DNA from: an uncultured delta proteobacterium
GTDB lineage: Bacteria > Desulfobacterota > Binatia > Binatales > Binataceae
Length of the DNA: 64,000 nucleotides
Direction: 5' to 3'
Assembly: GCA_963724765.1 (NCBI GenBank)
Contig: CAVRVY010000001.1
Coordinates: 160,001 to 224,000, forward strand
Within the stretch, counting starts at the first letter, position 1, and each line of letters opens with the position of its first letter. The position numbers and the translations under genes were made by a program. The notes below the pieces were generated by a model. That model saw nothing but the letters and a program-made list of their open reading frames with translations. It had not been told where the DNA came from and ran no database searches. This document shows positions 1 to 10,270 of the stretch, piece after piece.

Positions 1-2019
1 CGGTCGGATGTGTGGCATACGAACGAATTGCACAGAAGAATTGCGGAGTTCGGACTCACGGTACTCAATCTTCCGACGGCCTACTGGCAGGAGCTAGCTC
101 GTGAGTGGACGGACCTCCCGGATCTGATTTCGAACGTTCAGCCCAGGCTTTTCATCGTTGGCGGAGATGTAATGCCGCCCGAAGCTCTAGACCATTGGCT
201 GAAAAGCCCCATGCGTGCAGTCCGTCTAATCAATGCTTACGGCCCTACCGAGGCGACAATAACGACGACTGCCTTTGAAATCACGCCACGGCCTGACGAG
301 AGCGCGAGTTTTCAGAAGGTTCCCATTGGTCGTCCCCTCGCTAACAGAGAGATCTACATTCTCGATAAGTACGGCAACCCGGCTCCGGCTGGAGTTGCTG
401 GTGAGCTGTACATCGGCGGTTGGGCTCTGGCGCGAGGCTATCTCAACTGCCCTGATTTGACTGCCGAGAGATTTGTCCCGCACCCCTTCAGCACCGAGCG
501 CGGGGCACGGCTGTATAAGAGCGGCGACATGGCCCGCTATCGGCTGGATGGAAACATCGACTTGCTCGGTCGGCTTGACCGCCAGGTAAAGATCCGCGGC
601 TTCCGGATCGAACTGGAGGAAATCGAGGCGGCGCTTGGCCAGCACCCGGCCGTACGGGAGGCCGTCGTCTTAGCTCGTGAGGAGACACATGGAGAGCGGC
701 GGCTGGTAGCCTATATCGTGGCTCAGCAAGAGTCCCGCCCCGCCCCCGATGACCTGCGCGGGTTTCTGAAAGAGAAACTGCCCGAATACATGGTGCCCGC
801 AGTATTCGTGTTTCTCGATGCCATCCCGCTGATGCCTAGCGGTAAGGTAGACCGCCGGGCGCTGCCGGCACCTGAGCGAATACGGTTCGAACTGGAAAAG
901 GCATTCGTAGCGCCTCGCGACGCTCTGGAAGTTCAGCTCACTAATCTTTGGGAGGAGGTTCTGGATGTCCAGCCTATTGGAGTGAGAGATAATTTTTTCG
1001 AGCTTGGAGGCCATTCTCTGGCAGCGGTGCGTCTGTTCGCGTTGATTGAGAAAAGGCTAGGCAAAAGGCTTCCGCTCGCCACTGTTTTTCAGAACGCAAC
1101 TGTCGAGCATCTAGCCATTATTTTCCGCCAGCAGGCTAAGCCTGCACTTCAATCGTCCCTGGTCGCTATTCAACCTGGCGGCAACAAGCGGCCCCTTTTC
1201 TTGGTACATCCGGCTGGTGGACACGTTTTTCCCTACGTTCATTTGGCGCACTGTTTGGGCTTAGACCAACCATGCTATGGGCTACAGGCAAGAGGACTGG
1301 AAGAAGGGCAAGAGCCTCACACGCGGATCGAAGACATGGCTACTCATTACATTAAGGCACTGCAGGCCGTGCAGCCCGAGGGTCCCTATCTTCTCGGAGG
1401 GTGGTCGATGGGCGGCGTCGTAGCTTTCGAGATGGCTCAACAGCTTCGCGCGCAAAGACAGGGGGTGGCTTTGTTAGCACTATTGGATGGACGAATTCCG
1501 ACTCTCGACGAGGATTTCGAGAACGAAGATTTTGAGACGACTTTGTTGGCTGATTTTGTCCGCTATTTCGGTCTTTCGCTCGATCCTCGAGATTCTCTTG
1601 TAGGGATCCCAAAAGACGAACTATTAATGCGCGTGCTCGAGCAGGCGAAAAGAGCCGGCTTGGTACCTCTGGATGTCGAAGCTTCTCAAGCCCGCCCTTT
1701 TGTTGAACTCTGCAAGGCCGACTTTCGAGCCACCCGGAAATACATGATGCATCGCTATCCCGGCCGGGTCACGCTCTTCAAGGCTGCTCAGGATCTTGCG
1801 GGGACGTCCTCTGACCCGACACTAGGCTGGAGAAAGTGGGTTGATGGAGGAGTAGAGGTCCATGTCGTTCCAGGCAACCACGCGAGTATGGTTTACAAAC
1901 CTCACGTTGAAGTGTTAGCCGAGGTGATGAGAACTTGTCTGAGCCAGGCGCAATCCGCTGATGAATGGTTCGCCGATGACAGTGAATCGAGTGACCAGTT
2001 GATGAAGGTAGTTCAATGA
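1..2019 (+). CDS. NRPS terminal module, 5'-partial (adenylation C-terminal half, PCP, type I thioesterase)
   Basis: A-domain motifs [43 protein letters not shown]; PCP motif FFELGGHSL; TE motif GWSMG. The frame is open from the window edge. Confidence 0.97.
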   Translation, partial: RSDVWHTNELHRRIAEFGLTVLNLPTAYWQELAREWTDLPDLISNVQPRLFIVGGDVMPPEALDHWLKSPMRAVRLINAYGPTEATITTTAFEITPRPDESASFQKVPIGRPLANREIYILDKYGNPAPAGVAGELYIGGWALARGYLNCPDLTAERFVPHPFSTERGARLYKSGDMARYRLDGNIDLLGRLDRQVKIRGFRIELEEIEAALGQHPAVREAVVLAREETHGERRLVAYIVAQQESRPAPDDLRGFLKEKLPEYMVPAVFVFLDAIPLMPSGKVDRRALPAPERIRFELEKAFVAPRDALEVQLTNLWEEVLDVQPIGVRDNFFELGGHSLAAVRLFALIEKRLGKRLPLATVFQNATVEHLAIIFRQQAKPALQSSLVAIQPGGNKRPLFLVHPAGGHVFPYVHLAHCLGLDQPCYGLQARGLEEGQEPHTRIEDMATHYIKALQAVQPEGPYLLGGWSMGGVVAFEMAQQLRAQRQGVALLALLDGRIPTLDEDFENEDFETTLLADFVRYFGLSLDPRDSLVGIPKDELLMRVLEQAKRAGLVPLDVEASQARPFVELCKADFRATRKYMMHRYPGRVTLFKAAQDLAGTSSDPTLGWRKWVDGGVEVHVVPGNHASMVYKPHVEVLAEVMRTCLSQAQSADEWFADDSESSDQLMKVVQ

Positions 2020-2234
2020 ACAGAGACGCGAGACAAGACAATGCAACCTACAAAGTCGTCGTGAATCATGAAGAGCAGTACTCGATCTGGCCGGTCGAAA
2101 AGGAAAACCCTCTTGGCTGGACGGATGTAGGCAAAAGCGGGTTTAAGACGGAATGCCTGGAGTACATCAAGGAGGTGTGGACCGACATGCGACCACTCAG
2201 CCTAAGAAAGAACATGGAGGAGCGGAAACGGTAG
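2016..2234 (+). CDS. mbtH: MbtH-like protein
   Basis: Signature [13 protein letters not shown]...PLGW...[17 protein letters not shown]; ATGA overlap with the NRPS stop. Confidence 0.97.
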   Translation: MNRDARQDNATYKVVVNHEEQYSIWPVEKENPLGWTDVGKSGFKTECLEYIKEVWTDMRPLSLRKNMEERKR

Positions 2235-2287
2235 ATCCGTTCATCGAAAGATTGAATGTCGCGCATCTTCCACAGGTGATTCTGCCC

Positions 2288-3049
2288 GTGACTGCTCCTC
2301 CTTTTGACTCCTGGATTCTCTGTCGCGAGCCTCGCCCACAGGCCCGCCTCCGTCTGTTCTGCTTTTCGTATGCGGGAAGTGGTGCGTCGGCTTTTCGCAT
2401 TTGGCCACGCGGCTTGCCTACGGACGTCGAGGTTTGTCCAGTGCAACTCCCGGGACGGGAAACCAGGCTGATGGAGCGTCCGTTTACTCAGCTCTCGCCT
2501 CTTGTCCAAACCGTCACGAAAGCTCTGTTTCCGTTCCTGGACAAACCTTTTGCCCTGTTCGGCCACAGCCTGGGAGCATTGGTCAGTTTTGAGCTCGCTC
2601 GCGAGCTCCGCAGACAGTACGATGTGCATCCTGCTCGATTATTTGTCTGTTCCGCTCGCGCGCCGCAGATTCTTCATCGAGGCCTGCCTATTCACAACCT
2701 GCCGGAAAAGGACTTTTTAGCGGAACTGCGTCGGCTGAACGGTACTCCTACGGAGGTCCTGAACAACGAAGGGCTAATGGAGATTATGCTTCCACATTTG
2801 CGCGCGGATTTCGCGCTCTACGAGACCTACGCGTACGCGCCCGGTTCTCCCCTGAACTGTCCCATTTCTGCGTTTGGCGGCTGGCAAGATCGCACAGTGA
2901 GCCATAGCGATCTTGAAGCCTGGCGTGATCAGACGAGCGTTTCCTTCTCCTCGCAGATGTTTCCCGGCGATCATTTCTTTTTGAACGCAAATCAGTTGCC
3001 GCTTCTTCGCGTGCTCTCCGAGGAATTGCGCGGCAACTGCGGCGACTAG
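2288..3049 (+). CDS. Type II (editing) thioesterase
   Basis: RLFCFSYAGSGAS, QLPGRETR, GHSLG nucleophile motif, GDHFF. The GTG start at 2288 was chosen from the upstream CAGGTG RBS-like site and is uncertain. Confidence 0.93.
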   Translation: MTAPPFDSWILCREPRPQARLRLFCFSYAGSGASAFRIWPRGLPTDVEVCPVQLPGRETRLMERPFTQLSPLVQTVTKALFPFLDKPFALFGHSLGALVSFELARELRRQYDVHPARLFVCSARAPQILHRGLPIHNLPEKDFLAELRRLNGTPTEVLNNEGLMEIMLPHLRADFALYETYAYAPGSPLNCPISAFGGWQDRTVSHSDLEAWRDQTSVSFSSQMFPGDHFFLNANQLPLLRVLSEELRGNCGD

Positions 3050-3062
3050 AGAGAGCGGCCAG

Positions 3063-3830
3063 GTGAAGGTATTCCCCAACCGCTGCTCTATTGCTGCGTG
3101 GGGCGTTCCACCCAGAGGGTTGACATTAGGTAGCAATGAGGTTCATGTCTGGCGAGCCGCCTTGGGCCAGGCGCCCTCGCAGATAGATCGCTTCCTGCCG
3201 ACGCTTGCAGCGGATGAACGGGCGAGAGCCGAGAGATTTCACTTCCCCAAAGATCGCGAGCACTTTGTTGTCGCTCGTGGAGCGCTCAGAGCTATCCTCG
3301 GTTTCTATCTGAACCGGGCGCCGGAATGCTTGTCATTCGCCTACAGCTCTCATGGGAAGCCTGCCGTGGTGTTGGAATCCGGCGAGGCTCCGATTCGCTT
3401 CAACATATCCCACTCTCGCGGAGTGGCCCTTTATGCAGTCACCTGTGGCCGCGAGGTCGGCATCGATCTCGAATATATGCGCTCCGATTTGGAGGTAGAG
3501 CAGATCGCCGGGCGATTCTTCTCGCGCCGGGAAATCGCGACACTCCATGCGCTCCCAGCGGCCCTCCGGAGATACGCGTTCTTTCTCTGTTGGACCCGCA
3601 AGGAAGCCTACATCAAGGCCAGAGGTGAAGGACTTTCACTAGCTTTGGATCAGTTCGACGTGTCGCTGATTCCCGGAGAACCTGCGGCACTGCTTGGCAC
3701 TCGGCCCGACGCAGACGAAGCGCTGCGTTGGTCTCTACTGGAACTGACCCCTGGACCGCCCGAATACGCCTCCGCCCTTGCGGTGGAAGGAGTCGGCTGG
3801 TCGCTCGCATTGTGGCAATGGCCAAGCTGA
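3063..3830 (+). CDS. sfp: Sfp-type 4'-phosphopantetheinyl transferase
   Basis: FNISHS, VGIDLE and WTRKEAYIKARG motifs. Confidence 0.95.
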   Translation: MKVFPNRCSIAAWGVPPRGLTLGSNEVHVWRAALGQAPSQIDRFLPTLAADERARAERFHFPKDREHFVVARGALRAILGFYLNRAPECLSFAYSSHGKPAVVLESGEAPIRFNISHSRGVALYAVTCGREVGIDLEYMRSDLEVEQIAGRFFSRREIATLHALPAALRRYAFFLCWTRKEAYIKARGEGLSLALDQFDVSLIPGEPAALLGTRPDADEALRWSLLELTPGPPEYASALAVEGVGWSLALWQWPS

Positions 3831-4136
3831 GCCATAAATACTGCATATACCCCCGAAGAATAGTACATTTCAGAACCGAGTTTGCAGACGATCGGCTCCG
3901 ACATGATGAGTTTAACCCCGATTTGAGCATACCTGTGCTCGCTTTTACTAATCCATTGGCATATAAGTGATCTAAGTCGGCCGAGAGTTTCCTCACATCT
4001 TTACACTTTGCCAAAGGTGGACAACCGAAGGTTGCTCCCCCACTCGGGTATTTGCATCTAGGCCGACTCGCAAAATGGCGATCGAGTGAGTATCACGGCG
4101 GTGTTTGTTATCTCCGAGGAGTCCTAAACTCGTACA

Positions 4137-5129
4137 ATGAAGATTTTTTCGCTTCGAGCTTGGATTATGATTGCCGCGATGTCGTTGTTCGGGGCACTCG
4201 CGGCGCTTTGGCCGGCGATAGGCCATACGGATATCGTGCAGGCTCCAGGCACCGAATCGAGCGCCGGTGGCGCAATGGACGCCTGGCTTGTAGCTCGCGG
4301 CCTGATAGGCCGCGGGATGATTGGCGAGCAATCCGGCGCTGACCTCATGACACCGGTGTCAGGCGCCGAGGTCGAGGAAACTCGACAGACAGAGGACCAA
4401 ACCGGCCAGGTACTGATGCAGGTCAAGCTGTGGAACGAAACGGTCGGCGACAGCACGATCCATATCGAGGTTACCACCTTAAGCAGCTATCAGTTCGAAG
4501 TCAGTTTCTGGCTGTTCCCCAATCATCGGCAGGGCTGCACCATGTACCAATGGACGCTGTACGATCATGGCCGAGCGCTGCAGAGCGCGTTCTGGCGTAA
4601 TGACGCGCCAGTGCTGCGGTTGGCCGGCGCCCCCAATCTGCCGCATGACCTGTATCCCGACGCGGTGCCGTGGATGGCGTTTCTGCGAGTCCTCGACGCG
4701 CCGCGCGAAGGCGGTGAAGGTGCACTACATCAACAGATCACGCCGTACAGTTACGTGGGCCAGAATGTTGTGGCCAAAGGCATCGAGCAGATAAGCGTGC
4801 CGGCCGGCAGTTTTTCCGCCCTCAAGGTCACCGCTCAAGTCGACATTGCTACGGTAATGCCAAACTGGCCGCGGTTCGTGATGCACGTCGTCCAGCCGGT
4901 GGTTCCCAAGAACACGCTTTACTTCCAGGCGACGGCGCCCTACCGGCTGCTCAAGCAGCAGGGCGCCACGTTCGTTGGCGGTCCCGAGGTCACTACGGAA
5001 CTCATTCGCTTTTACGTCGCCGGCGCGCCGCCGGCCGCCGTGCCCTCACCGGCCGTAGCCGCCCTCCAAGCAAGGGACGCGCCAATCGTCGCCCCGCTCG
5101 GAGGCCCATCGATCTCCGTGAAGCAATAA
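4137..5129 (+). CDS. Secreted hypothetical protein; C-terminal half resembles DUF3108/TapB-type beta proteins
   Basis: N-terminal hydrophobic signal; GIEQISVPAGSFSALKV motif; GC3-biased codons. Confidence 0.7.
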   Translation: MKIFSLRAWIMIAAMSLFGALAALWPAIGHTDIVQAPGTESSAGGAMDAWLVARGLIGRGMIGEQSGADLMTPVSGAEVEETRQTEDQTGQVLMQVKLWNETVGDSTIHIEVTTLSSYQFEVSFWLFPNHRQGCTMYQWTLYDHGRALQSAFWRNDAPVLRLAGAPNLPHDLYPDAVPWMAFLRVLDAPREGGEGALHQQITPYSYVGQNVVAKGIEQISVPAGSFSALKVTAQVDIATVMPNWPRFVMHVVQPVVPKNTLYFQATAPYRLLKQQGATFVGGPEVTTELIRFYVAGAPPAAVPSPAVAALQARDAPIVAPLGGPSISVKQ

Positions 5130-5199
5130 ACGGTCACGAAGTCTCGCATGGTAGCCATCGGCGCGAGTTTCAATCGATTTACCGAGACAACCCACCCTT

Positions 5200-5517
5200 C
5201 TAATTTAGCCCGAAGAAAAGGTTTACGCCCTCCGATGGCGGAGGCGCACTGTAGGTCGGCCCAGCTGGGTAATATTCCGGCTCGGGCGCGTAGTAGTAGT
5301 TGGGCGCGGGCGCATAATAGGCGTTAGGCGCAGGCGCAATATAGCCACCACCGCCGTGGCCTCCTCTGTGTTGATTTCCGTGACGCTCTTCGTGATGCTG
5401 CGCGCCGCCGCCATGGCCACCGGCTAACGCAGGCCTCATCGCAACACCGCAAATCACGACGCCGAAGCCGATCGCAATCGCGATTTTACTGATTCTAGTG
5501 GGCGTGATCTTTCTCAT
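5200..5517 (-). CDS. Small secreted Gly/His then Tyr/Pro-rich protein
   Basis: ATG at 5517 with GGAG RBS; signal ending PALA; GGHGGG, repeated YYAPAP, C-terminal GVNLFFGLN. Confidence 0.75.
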   Translation of the reverse strand: MRKITPTRISKIAIAIGFGVVICGVAMRPALAGGHGGGAQHHEERHGNQHRGGHGGGGYIAPAPNAYYAPAPNYYYAPEPEYYPAGPTYSAPPPSEGVNLFFGLN

Positions 5518-5588
5518 ATTGATTCTCCATTTCGCAGCGAATCCCGACAAACCGGCGGATTTCCGCATTGTTGTGTCCGGACTCTCAA

Positions 5589-6050
5589 TCACGCGCTCTT
5601 TTTTGCCGCTGCGGAACGCACTTTGCCCCGAAACATCTCATCGGCGGCCTCTTTCTGTGTGTTCGACATGCTGTTGTACAGAGCCTCAAAGGCCGGGACG
5701 AATTTAGTCATTCCAGCTTCATGCGCTTCGATCACCGCTTGATAGGATTTGACCGCTTCGACTGCAGTCATCGCCTTAGCGTCCTGGCCTCTCTGCTTTT
5801 GCAGATCGCTCATCGCCTTTGCATTATCGCGCATCACCTGGACGAGACCGTCCCATTGGGCCTGCTGGGCAGCCGTGATGTGAAGCCTGTTGTGTAACTC
5901 CTTGATGTGCGCCTCAACGGGATCGGCTTTGGCGGCAGCTACCGCCGGCTCCGTCGTCGCGGGCGCGGCAATGGCTAAAGGACCGGCGAGAACGAACGAG
6001 CCGAACAGGGTCGCCGCCACAAGTGCGCGTGCTGCTGATTGCATGAACAT
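5589..6050 (-). CDS. Spy/CpxP family periplasmic chaperone (LTXXQ-like)
   Basis: Signal peptide; LHITAAQQAQW and LYNSMSNTQKEAAD motifs. Confidence 0.85.
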   Translation of the reverse strand: MFMQSAARALVAATLFGSFVLAGPLAIAAPATTEPAVAAAKADPVEAHIKELHNRLHITAAQQAQWDGLVQVMRDNAKAMSDLQKQRGQDAKAMTAVEAVKSYQAVIEAHEAGMTKFVPAFEALYNSMSNTQKEAADEMFRGKVRSAAAKKSA

Positions 6051-6302
6051 GTCTTTACTCCCGAAGTTAGTTGCGATCGCTGAAAACCACGACATGACAG
6101 AGTATTCCGGCTACTCTCCGTGATCGTATTATGTCGCGAGGAGAAGCGAGAAGCTAACCTACAGACTTTCGCAAATGGCAGTAAATATCTAGTGATTTAG
6201 CTGTGGAAGACGGAGGAAAGTGTTCTCACCGGAACGAATTGATATGCTTCGAAGGATCGAACGGTGCCAGCAGATTTGCTGTAACTCAGCGGCTCCAAGT
6301 AC

Positions 6303-7166
6303 TCATTGATGAATCGCTTCATCACTTACTATCTGGCCGTCTCGTAAGCGAATCATACGGTGCGCGCGTTCCATGACCTGAGGATCATGGGTGGAAAAAA
6401 TGAAGGTCGTGCCGGTAGCGCGATTGAGATGTTCCATCACGTCGAGAAGCGAGACAGCTGTGGCAGAGTCCAGATTCGCCGTCGGTTCGTCCGCCAGGAT
6501 GAGCGCGGGTTCTGTGACCATGGCTCGCGCGACAGCGACCCGCTGCTGCTGTCCGCCGGACAATTCTGCCGGGCGGCGATCTTCAAGTCCGGCGAGCCCA
6601 ATCTCCGAGAACAATTTGCGTACTTTTTCCCTGCGCTTGTGCGCCGTCATTCCCTGCAGTAGCAAGGTAAACTCGGCATTTTCCAGCGCGGTGAGCACAG
6701 GCATCAGGTTGTAGGTTTGGAAGACGAATCCGATGCGTTGCAAACGCAAACGAGCCAGCGCACCCGCGGATAAGAGTTGAAGATCCTGGCCTGCCACCCG
6801 GACCTCTCCGGTGTCTGCCCGATCGAGTCCGCCGATGATGTTGAGCAGGGTGGTTTTGCCAGAACCTGAGGGGCCGGCAGTAGCCACGAATTCCCCAGGA
6901 GCGATGCGTAGAGAGATGCCACGCAATGCCGGAACTTCTATTGGCCCCGTGCGGTAGGTCTTCCTCAGATCCTTCAGTTCTACCGCCCACTCCACATCGC
7001 TCTCCGCCTGGCGCTTGGCCGCAAGCCGGTCACCGGTTTGCTCGAGCTTGCTGTTGGTTCCCGCCTCTAGTTCATTGTACATCTGATTCTTGGCCGCAGC
7101 AGCATCCGGGCTGGGCTCGAGCGCCCCGAGTGGGCGACGAGGCGGAATAGAGGAGTCCAAGCTCAC
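6303..7166 (-). CDS. ABC transporter ATPase, LolD/MacB-like
   Basis: Walker A GPSGSGKT, LSGGQQQR, ILADEPTANLD, FSTHD. Start uncertain. Confidence 0.95.
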   Translation of the reverse strand: MSLDSSIPPRRPLGALEPSPDAAAAKNQMYNELEAGTNSKLEQTGDRLAAKRQAESDVEWAVELKDLRKTYRTGPIEVPALRGISLRIAPGEFVATAGPSGSGKTTLLNIIGGLDRADTGEVRVAGQDLQLLSAGALARLRLQRIGFVFQTYNLMPVLTALENAEFTLLLQGMTAHKRREKVRKLFSEIGLAGLEDRRPAELSGGQQQRVAVARAMVTEPALILADEPTANLDSATAVSLLDVMEHLNRATGTTFIFSTHDPQVMERAHRMIRLRDGQIVSDEAIHQ

Positions 7167-7275
7167 GCGAGGAACCTTCGACAGGCGGTCCGCGCACGCT
7201 TGGGCGCTTGGCGGAACGGAACCGCGCTCAGAGATTGGAAGAGCGGCAATAAGCGGCGCACCGTAATGTCGACGC

Positions 7276-7575
7276 TTAGAAAATGAATCCCCAATAGCTC
7301 CTCGCCGTGGACTGACAGTTAGTGTTGTTTGAGTCGCAGCTTAGGCAATTGTAGCCTTGGTCGTCACACACATTGTGTCTCGATGATCCATACTGCGCAT
7401 CAGCGCGTTGACAATTATTGTTATCGTCGCAAGCGAGGCAATTATTGCCATTTGTGTCGCATACCGAGTGTGTCGATGCATACTGCCCGGAGGGGCCAGA
7501 CCAGAAACACGCCTGCATGCCGAGCATTGATAAGACGAGAAGCGAGGCGAAAGCAAGTGTCTTGAACATAGTCAT
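7276..7575 (-). CDS. Small Cys-rich lipoprotein with two tandem 4-Cys repeats
   Basis: AAGAGG RBS; lipobox-like MQA-C; two copies of QY..(S/T/R)H.VC-x6-C-x2-C-x5/6-CQ; aromatic C-terminus YWGFIF. Confidence 0.85.
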   Translation of the reverse strand: MTMFKTLAFASLLVLSMLGMQACFWSGPSGQYASTHSVCDTNGNNCLACDDNNNCQRADAQYGSSRHNVCDDQGYNCLSCDSNNTNCQSTARSYWGFIF

Positions 7576-7714
7576 CTACTTCCTCTTACCATCATGCGCG
7601 TCTCAGGCGTGCGGACGCAAAGTAGGGACGGTTCCGTTTTGAACGCTTGGTGTGCTCCGCGGCACAGATCGATGAGATAACTTCACGCGGTCTCATGTTC
7701 TGGAGATCGGCTAT

Positions 7715-9007
7715 TTAAAGCACCTTCAACGCGTCCGGCAGATCCGTTCGCGCCGCCTTGAGCGCAGGATAGAAAGAGAGAACTGTCGCCATCATGAATA
7801 CGATGCTTACCGACCAGACGATCCGATCCAGACTCAGGCGCGAATACAAAATCGGGTCAAAGATGAGCGCGGGGTTAAGGCCGGATCTGAATATCCAGCG
7901 CAGATCCAATCCGGTCGTGGCGAAATAGTGTTGTACGCTCAAACCCAGCAGCAGTCCGAGCGCCAGGCTGATAGTCGTGAGAGCCAGAGACTCGCCGACG
8001 ATCATGAGTGCAAGCTGGAGAGGCCGAAGGCCAAGAGCCTTACAGACGCCGAATTCATAGCGGCGCTCCAGGACTCTCATCAAAATCGTGTTGAGTATCC
8101 CGAGTCCTACCATCGCGAGTACCACACCGTTCATGATGTAGTTAAAAGCATGGTCCAGGCGAAGTATCTGAGCCAGCATCGGCATCGATTGCCGCCAGGT
8201 CAGGACCTCGACCGGGGCTCCCTTCAACAGTCTGCGCAGACCCATCGCGACCTTCAGGGAGTCACGCTCCCGGCCAAGCACGAGCGCTATCTGAGTCACC
8301 TGATGGTCCGGCAGTCCGAGCAGTTTTTGGGCCACCGGCAGTGGCAAATGGATGATGTTGGAATCGACCGCTTGCAGGCCCGTGCTAAAGATCCCGGTCA
8401 CTCGTAAGAGCGTGCTTTGCATTTCTCCTCCGGCGCCGTTCTTGGCTTCAGTCCCAGGCTGTCGCACCGGCTGAGTCATAAGCACTACTTTGGAACCCAC
8501 CTTCACCTCGAGCTTGCGGGCTATCTCGGAGCCAATCACAACACCGGAGGGCTTGTCGTCATTCAGATACGTACCCGCGATGATCCGCTGAGGGATCAGC
8601 GACACGGTGCGCTCTTGTCGCGGTATGACTCCGATAATTCTGACGCCGGCGGTGTTGGCTGCAGAACTGAGTAATCCGGAGGCCACAAGCCGCGGACTAA
8701 TGCCTCGCACGAGAGCTGCCATGGCCGGGCTATGCAGCAACTCCTCGGCCGTTGAAACTGCTGAAGCGGTAAGCAACAGCTCTTGGGAACCGGTGTCCTG
8801 AAAACCCTTTGACTGGACTACCACATGCCCTGACCCCAGCCGCACTCCATCGGCGACCATCTGCTCGTGGCCGCCATCGAGTAGGCCCAACGAGATGAGC
8901 AGCAGAGCGAGACCCAGACTCAAGGCGAGGGCTGTCAACAGGGTGCCGCGAGGATTGCGCCAAAGGTTGCGCCAGCTGAGTTTCGCGACAAGGAGAACAC
9001 TAGTCAC
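7715..9007 (-). CDS. ABC permease, LolC/E-FtsX family
   Basis: LSWRNLWRNPR N-terminus, periplasmic domain, ILNTILMRVLERRYEFG, SFYPALKAAR. Confidence 0.95.
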   Translation of the reverse strand: MTSVLLVAKLSWRNLWRNPRGTLLTALALSLGLALLLISLGLLDGGHEQMVADGVRLGSGHVVVQSKGFQDTGSQELLLTASAVSTAEELLHSPAMAALVRGISPRLVASGLLSSAANTAGVRIIGVIPRQERTVSLIPQRIIAGTYLNDDKPSGVVIGSEIARKLEVKVGSKVVLMTQPVRQPGTEAKNGAGGEMQSTLLRVTGIFSTGLQAVDSNIIHLPLPVAQKLLGLPDHQVTQIALVLGRERDSLKVAMGLRRLLKGAPVEVLTWRQSMPMLAQILRLDHAFNYIMNGVVLAMVGLGILNTILMRVLERRYEFGVCKALGLRPLQLALMIVGESLALTTISLALGLLLGLSVQHYFATTGLDLRWIFRSGLNPALIFDPILYSRLSLDRIVWSVSIVFMMATVLSFYPALKAARTDLPDALKVL

Positions 9008-9010
9008 TGC

Positions 9011-10270
9011 TTAGACCTTACGGATCGCTTCCGTTGGCCGAAAGTGCGCAGCCCGCCATGCTGGATAAAAAGCGGACACAAGCGCTGTGATAGCCAATCC
9101 GAGCGCGGCTTCATAATAGGCGGAGAAATCCTGGCGACCGTACCAGAGATGGCCCACTACGACTCCAGCGAGAGAGACCACTTCACCTGTGGCACCGCCC
9201 AAGTCGAGGCCATGGACCTGCAAATACCACAGCAGCGGAGCGCCAATTAGTCCCCCCAAAACCAGACTGACCCCGGCCAAAGCTGCCGCCTCTGCGAGGA
9301 TAAGGCTAATTACCTGGGCCGGCCTCATTCCAAGCGCCATGAGCATGCCGAACTCGCGAGTGCGCTCAAAGACCGCCATCAACATAGTGTTCATGATGCC
9401 GATGACTGCTAACAGAAAGAAGATAAAAAAGAGCACAAAAGTTATGCTGCGATTGAACTGCACATAGTCGGCCAGCTCGGGCACCAGTTGCTCCCAGGAC
9501 ATCACTTGAACAGGTGGTCTCTTGGCCAGTCGGACCTGAAGTGCTGCGGTGACCGCCGTGGCTTCGGCTATGTCGTGAAGCCTGATGCCGATCTCATGTA
9601 TCCTCTCCGGCGCCAGGCTCAATAGTTTCTGCAGAGAAGAAAGGGACATGAGCACCACGCTCCGGTCCAGAGCATCAAGGCCAGTGTGAAAAATTCCGGT
9701 AATGGTGTACAGGTCATTGCCCATCGAACCGTCGGCCGCCTGGGTTAACAGGACGATCTGCGATCCCACCTGGACGCCAATGGTGCTGGCGAGCTTGTCT
9801 CCCACTGCCACACCCATCGGCATCCGTTCGCTCAGGTAGCTCCCCTTTACCATCTGGGTATTGAGGACAGTGATCTTTGGTTCTTGATCGGGAACGACTC
9901 CCAAAAGCTCCACCCCGGAGGAGCGATGGCCCGAGTTCACCAGACCGTAGCCGTACACCCGGGGAGCCACGGCATAAACTCGTGAGTCTGCAGTGATGGC
10001 GGCAAGCAGCGCGCTCACGTCCGTCCCTTTCCTCCCGCCCAAGGTTTTCTGGATGGGACGATTAGGGTAGTAACCTGGTGCGTGCACCTGGATCTGAGAA
10101 AGAACCAGGCGCGTGCCGTTTTCAATCATTTGCCATCTGAGGCCGGCCATCAGGCAAGCAACGAACATCAGCATGGCATAGCCCAGGGCGATGGCGGCCA
10201 TAGTGATGAAGGTACGCCGCGGATTGCGCCAGAGATTGCGCCAGGCAAGCTTGAGAAGCTGCGTGCTCAT
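9011..10270 (-). CDS. ABC permease, LolC/E-FtsX family
   Basis: LAWRNLWRNPRRT, IMNTMLMAVFERTREFG, AFYPAWRAA; TAATG coupling to the upstream gene. Confidence 0.95.
   Translation of the reverse strand: MSTQLLKLAWRNLWRNPRRTFITMAAIALGYAMLMFVACLMAGLRWQMIENGTRLVLSQIQVHAPGYYPNRPIQKTLGGRKGTDVSALLAAITADSRVYAVAPRVYGYGLVNSGHRSSGVELLGVVPDQEPKITVLNTQMVKGSYLSERMPMGVAVGDKLASTIGVQVGSQIVLLTQAADGSMGNDLYTITGIFHTGLDALDRSVVLMSLSSLQKLLSLAPERIHEIGIRLHDIAEATAVTAALQVRLAKRPPVQVMSWEQLVPELADYVQFNRSITFVLFFIFFLLAVIGIMNTMLMAVFERTREFGMLMALGMRPAQVISLILAEAAALAGVSLVLGGLIGAPLLWYLQVHGLDLGGATGEVVSLAGVVVGHLWYGRQDFSAYYEAALGLAITALVSAFYPAWRAAHFRPTEAIRKV

Noticed and set aside
10-400. NRPS adenylation substrate prediction
   Set aside because: Part of the specificity pocket lies upstream of the window, so no reliable call is possible.
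7600-7640. Possible ECF-sigma promoter (GGAAC...CGTC) upstream of the Cys-rich lipoprotein
   Set aside because: The spacer is 13 nt rather than 16-17.
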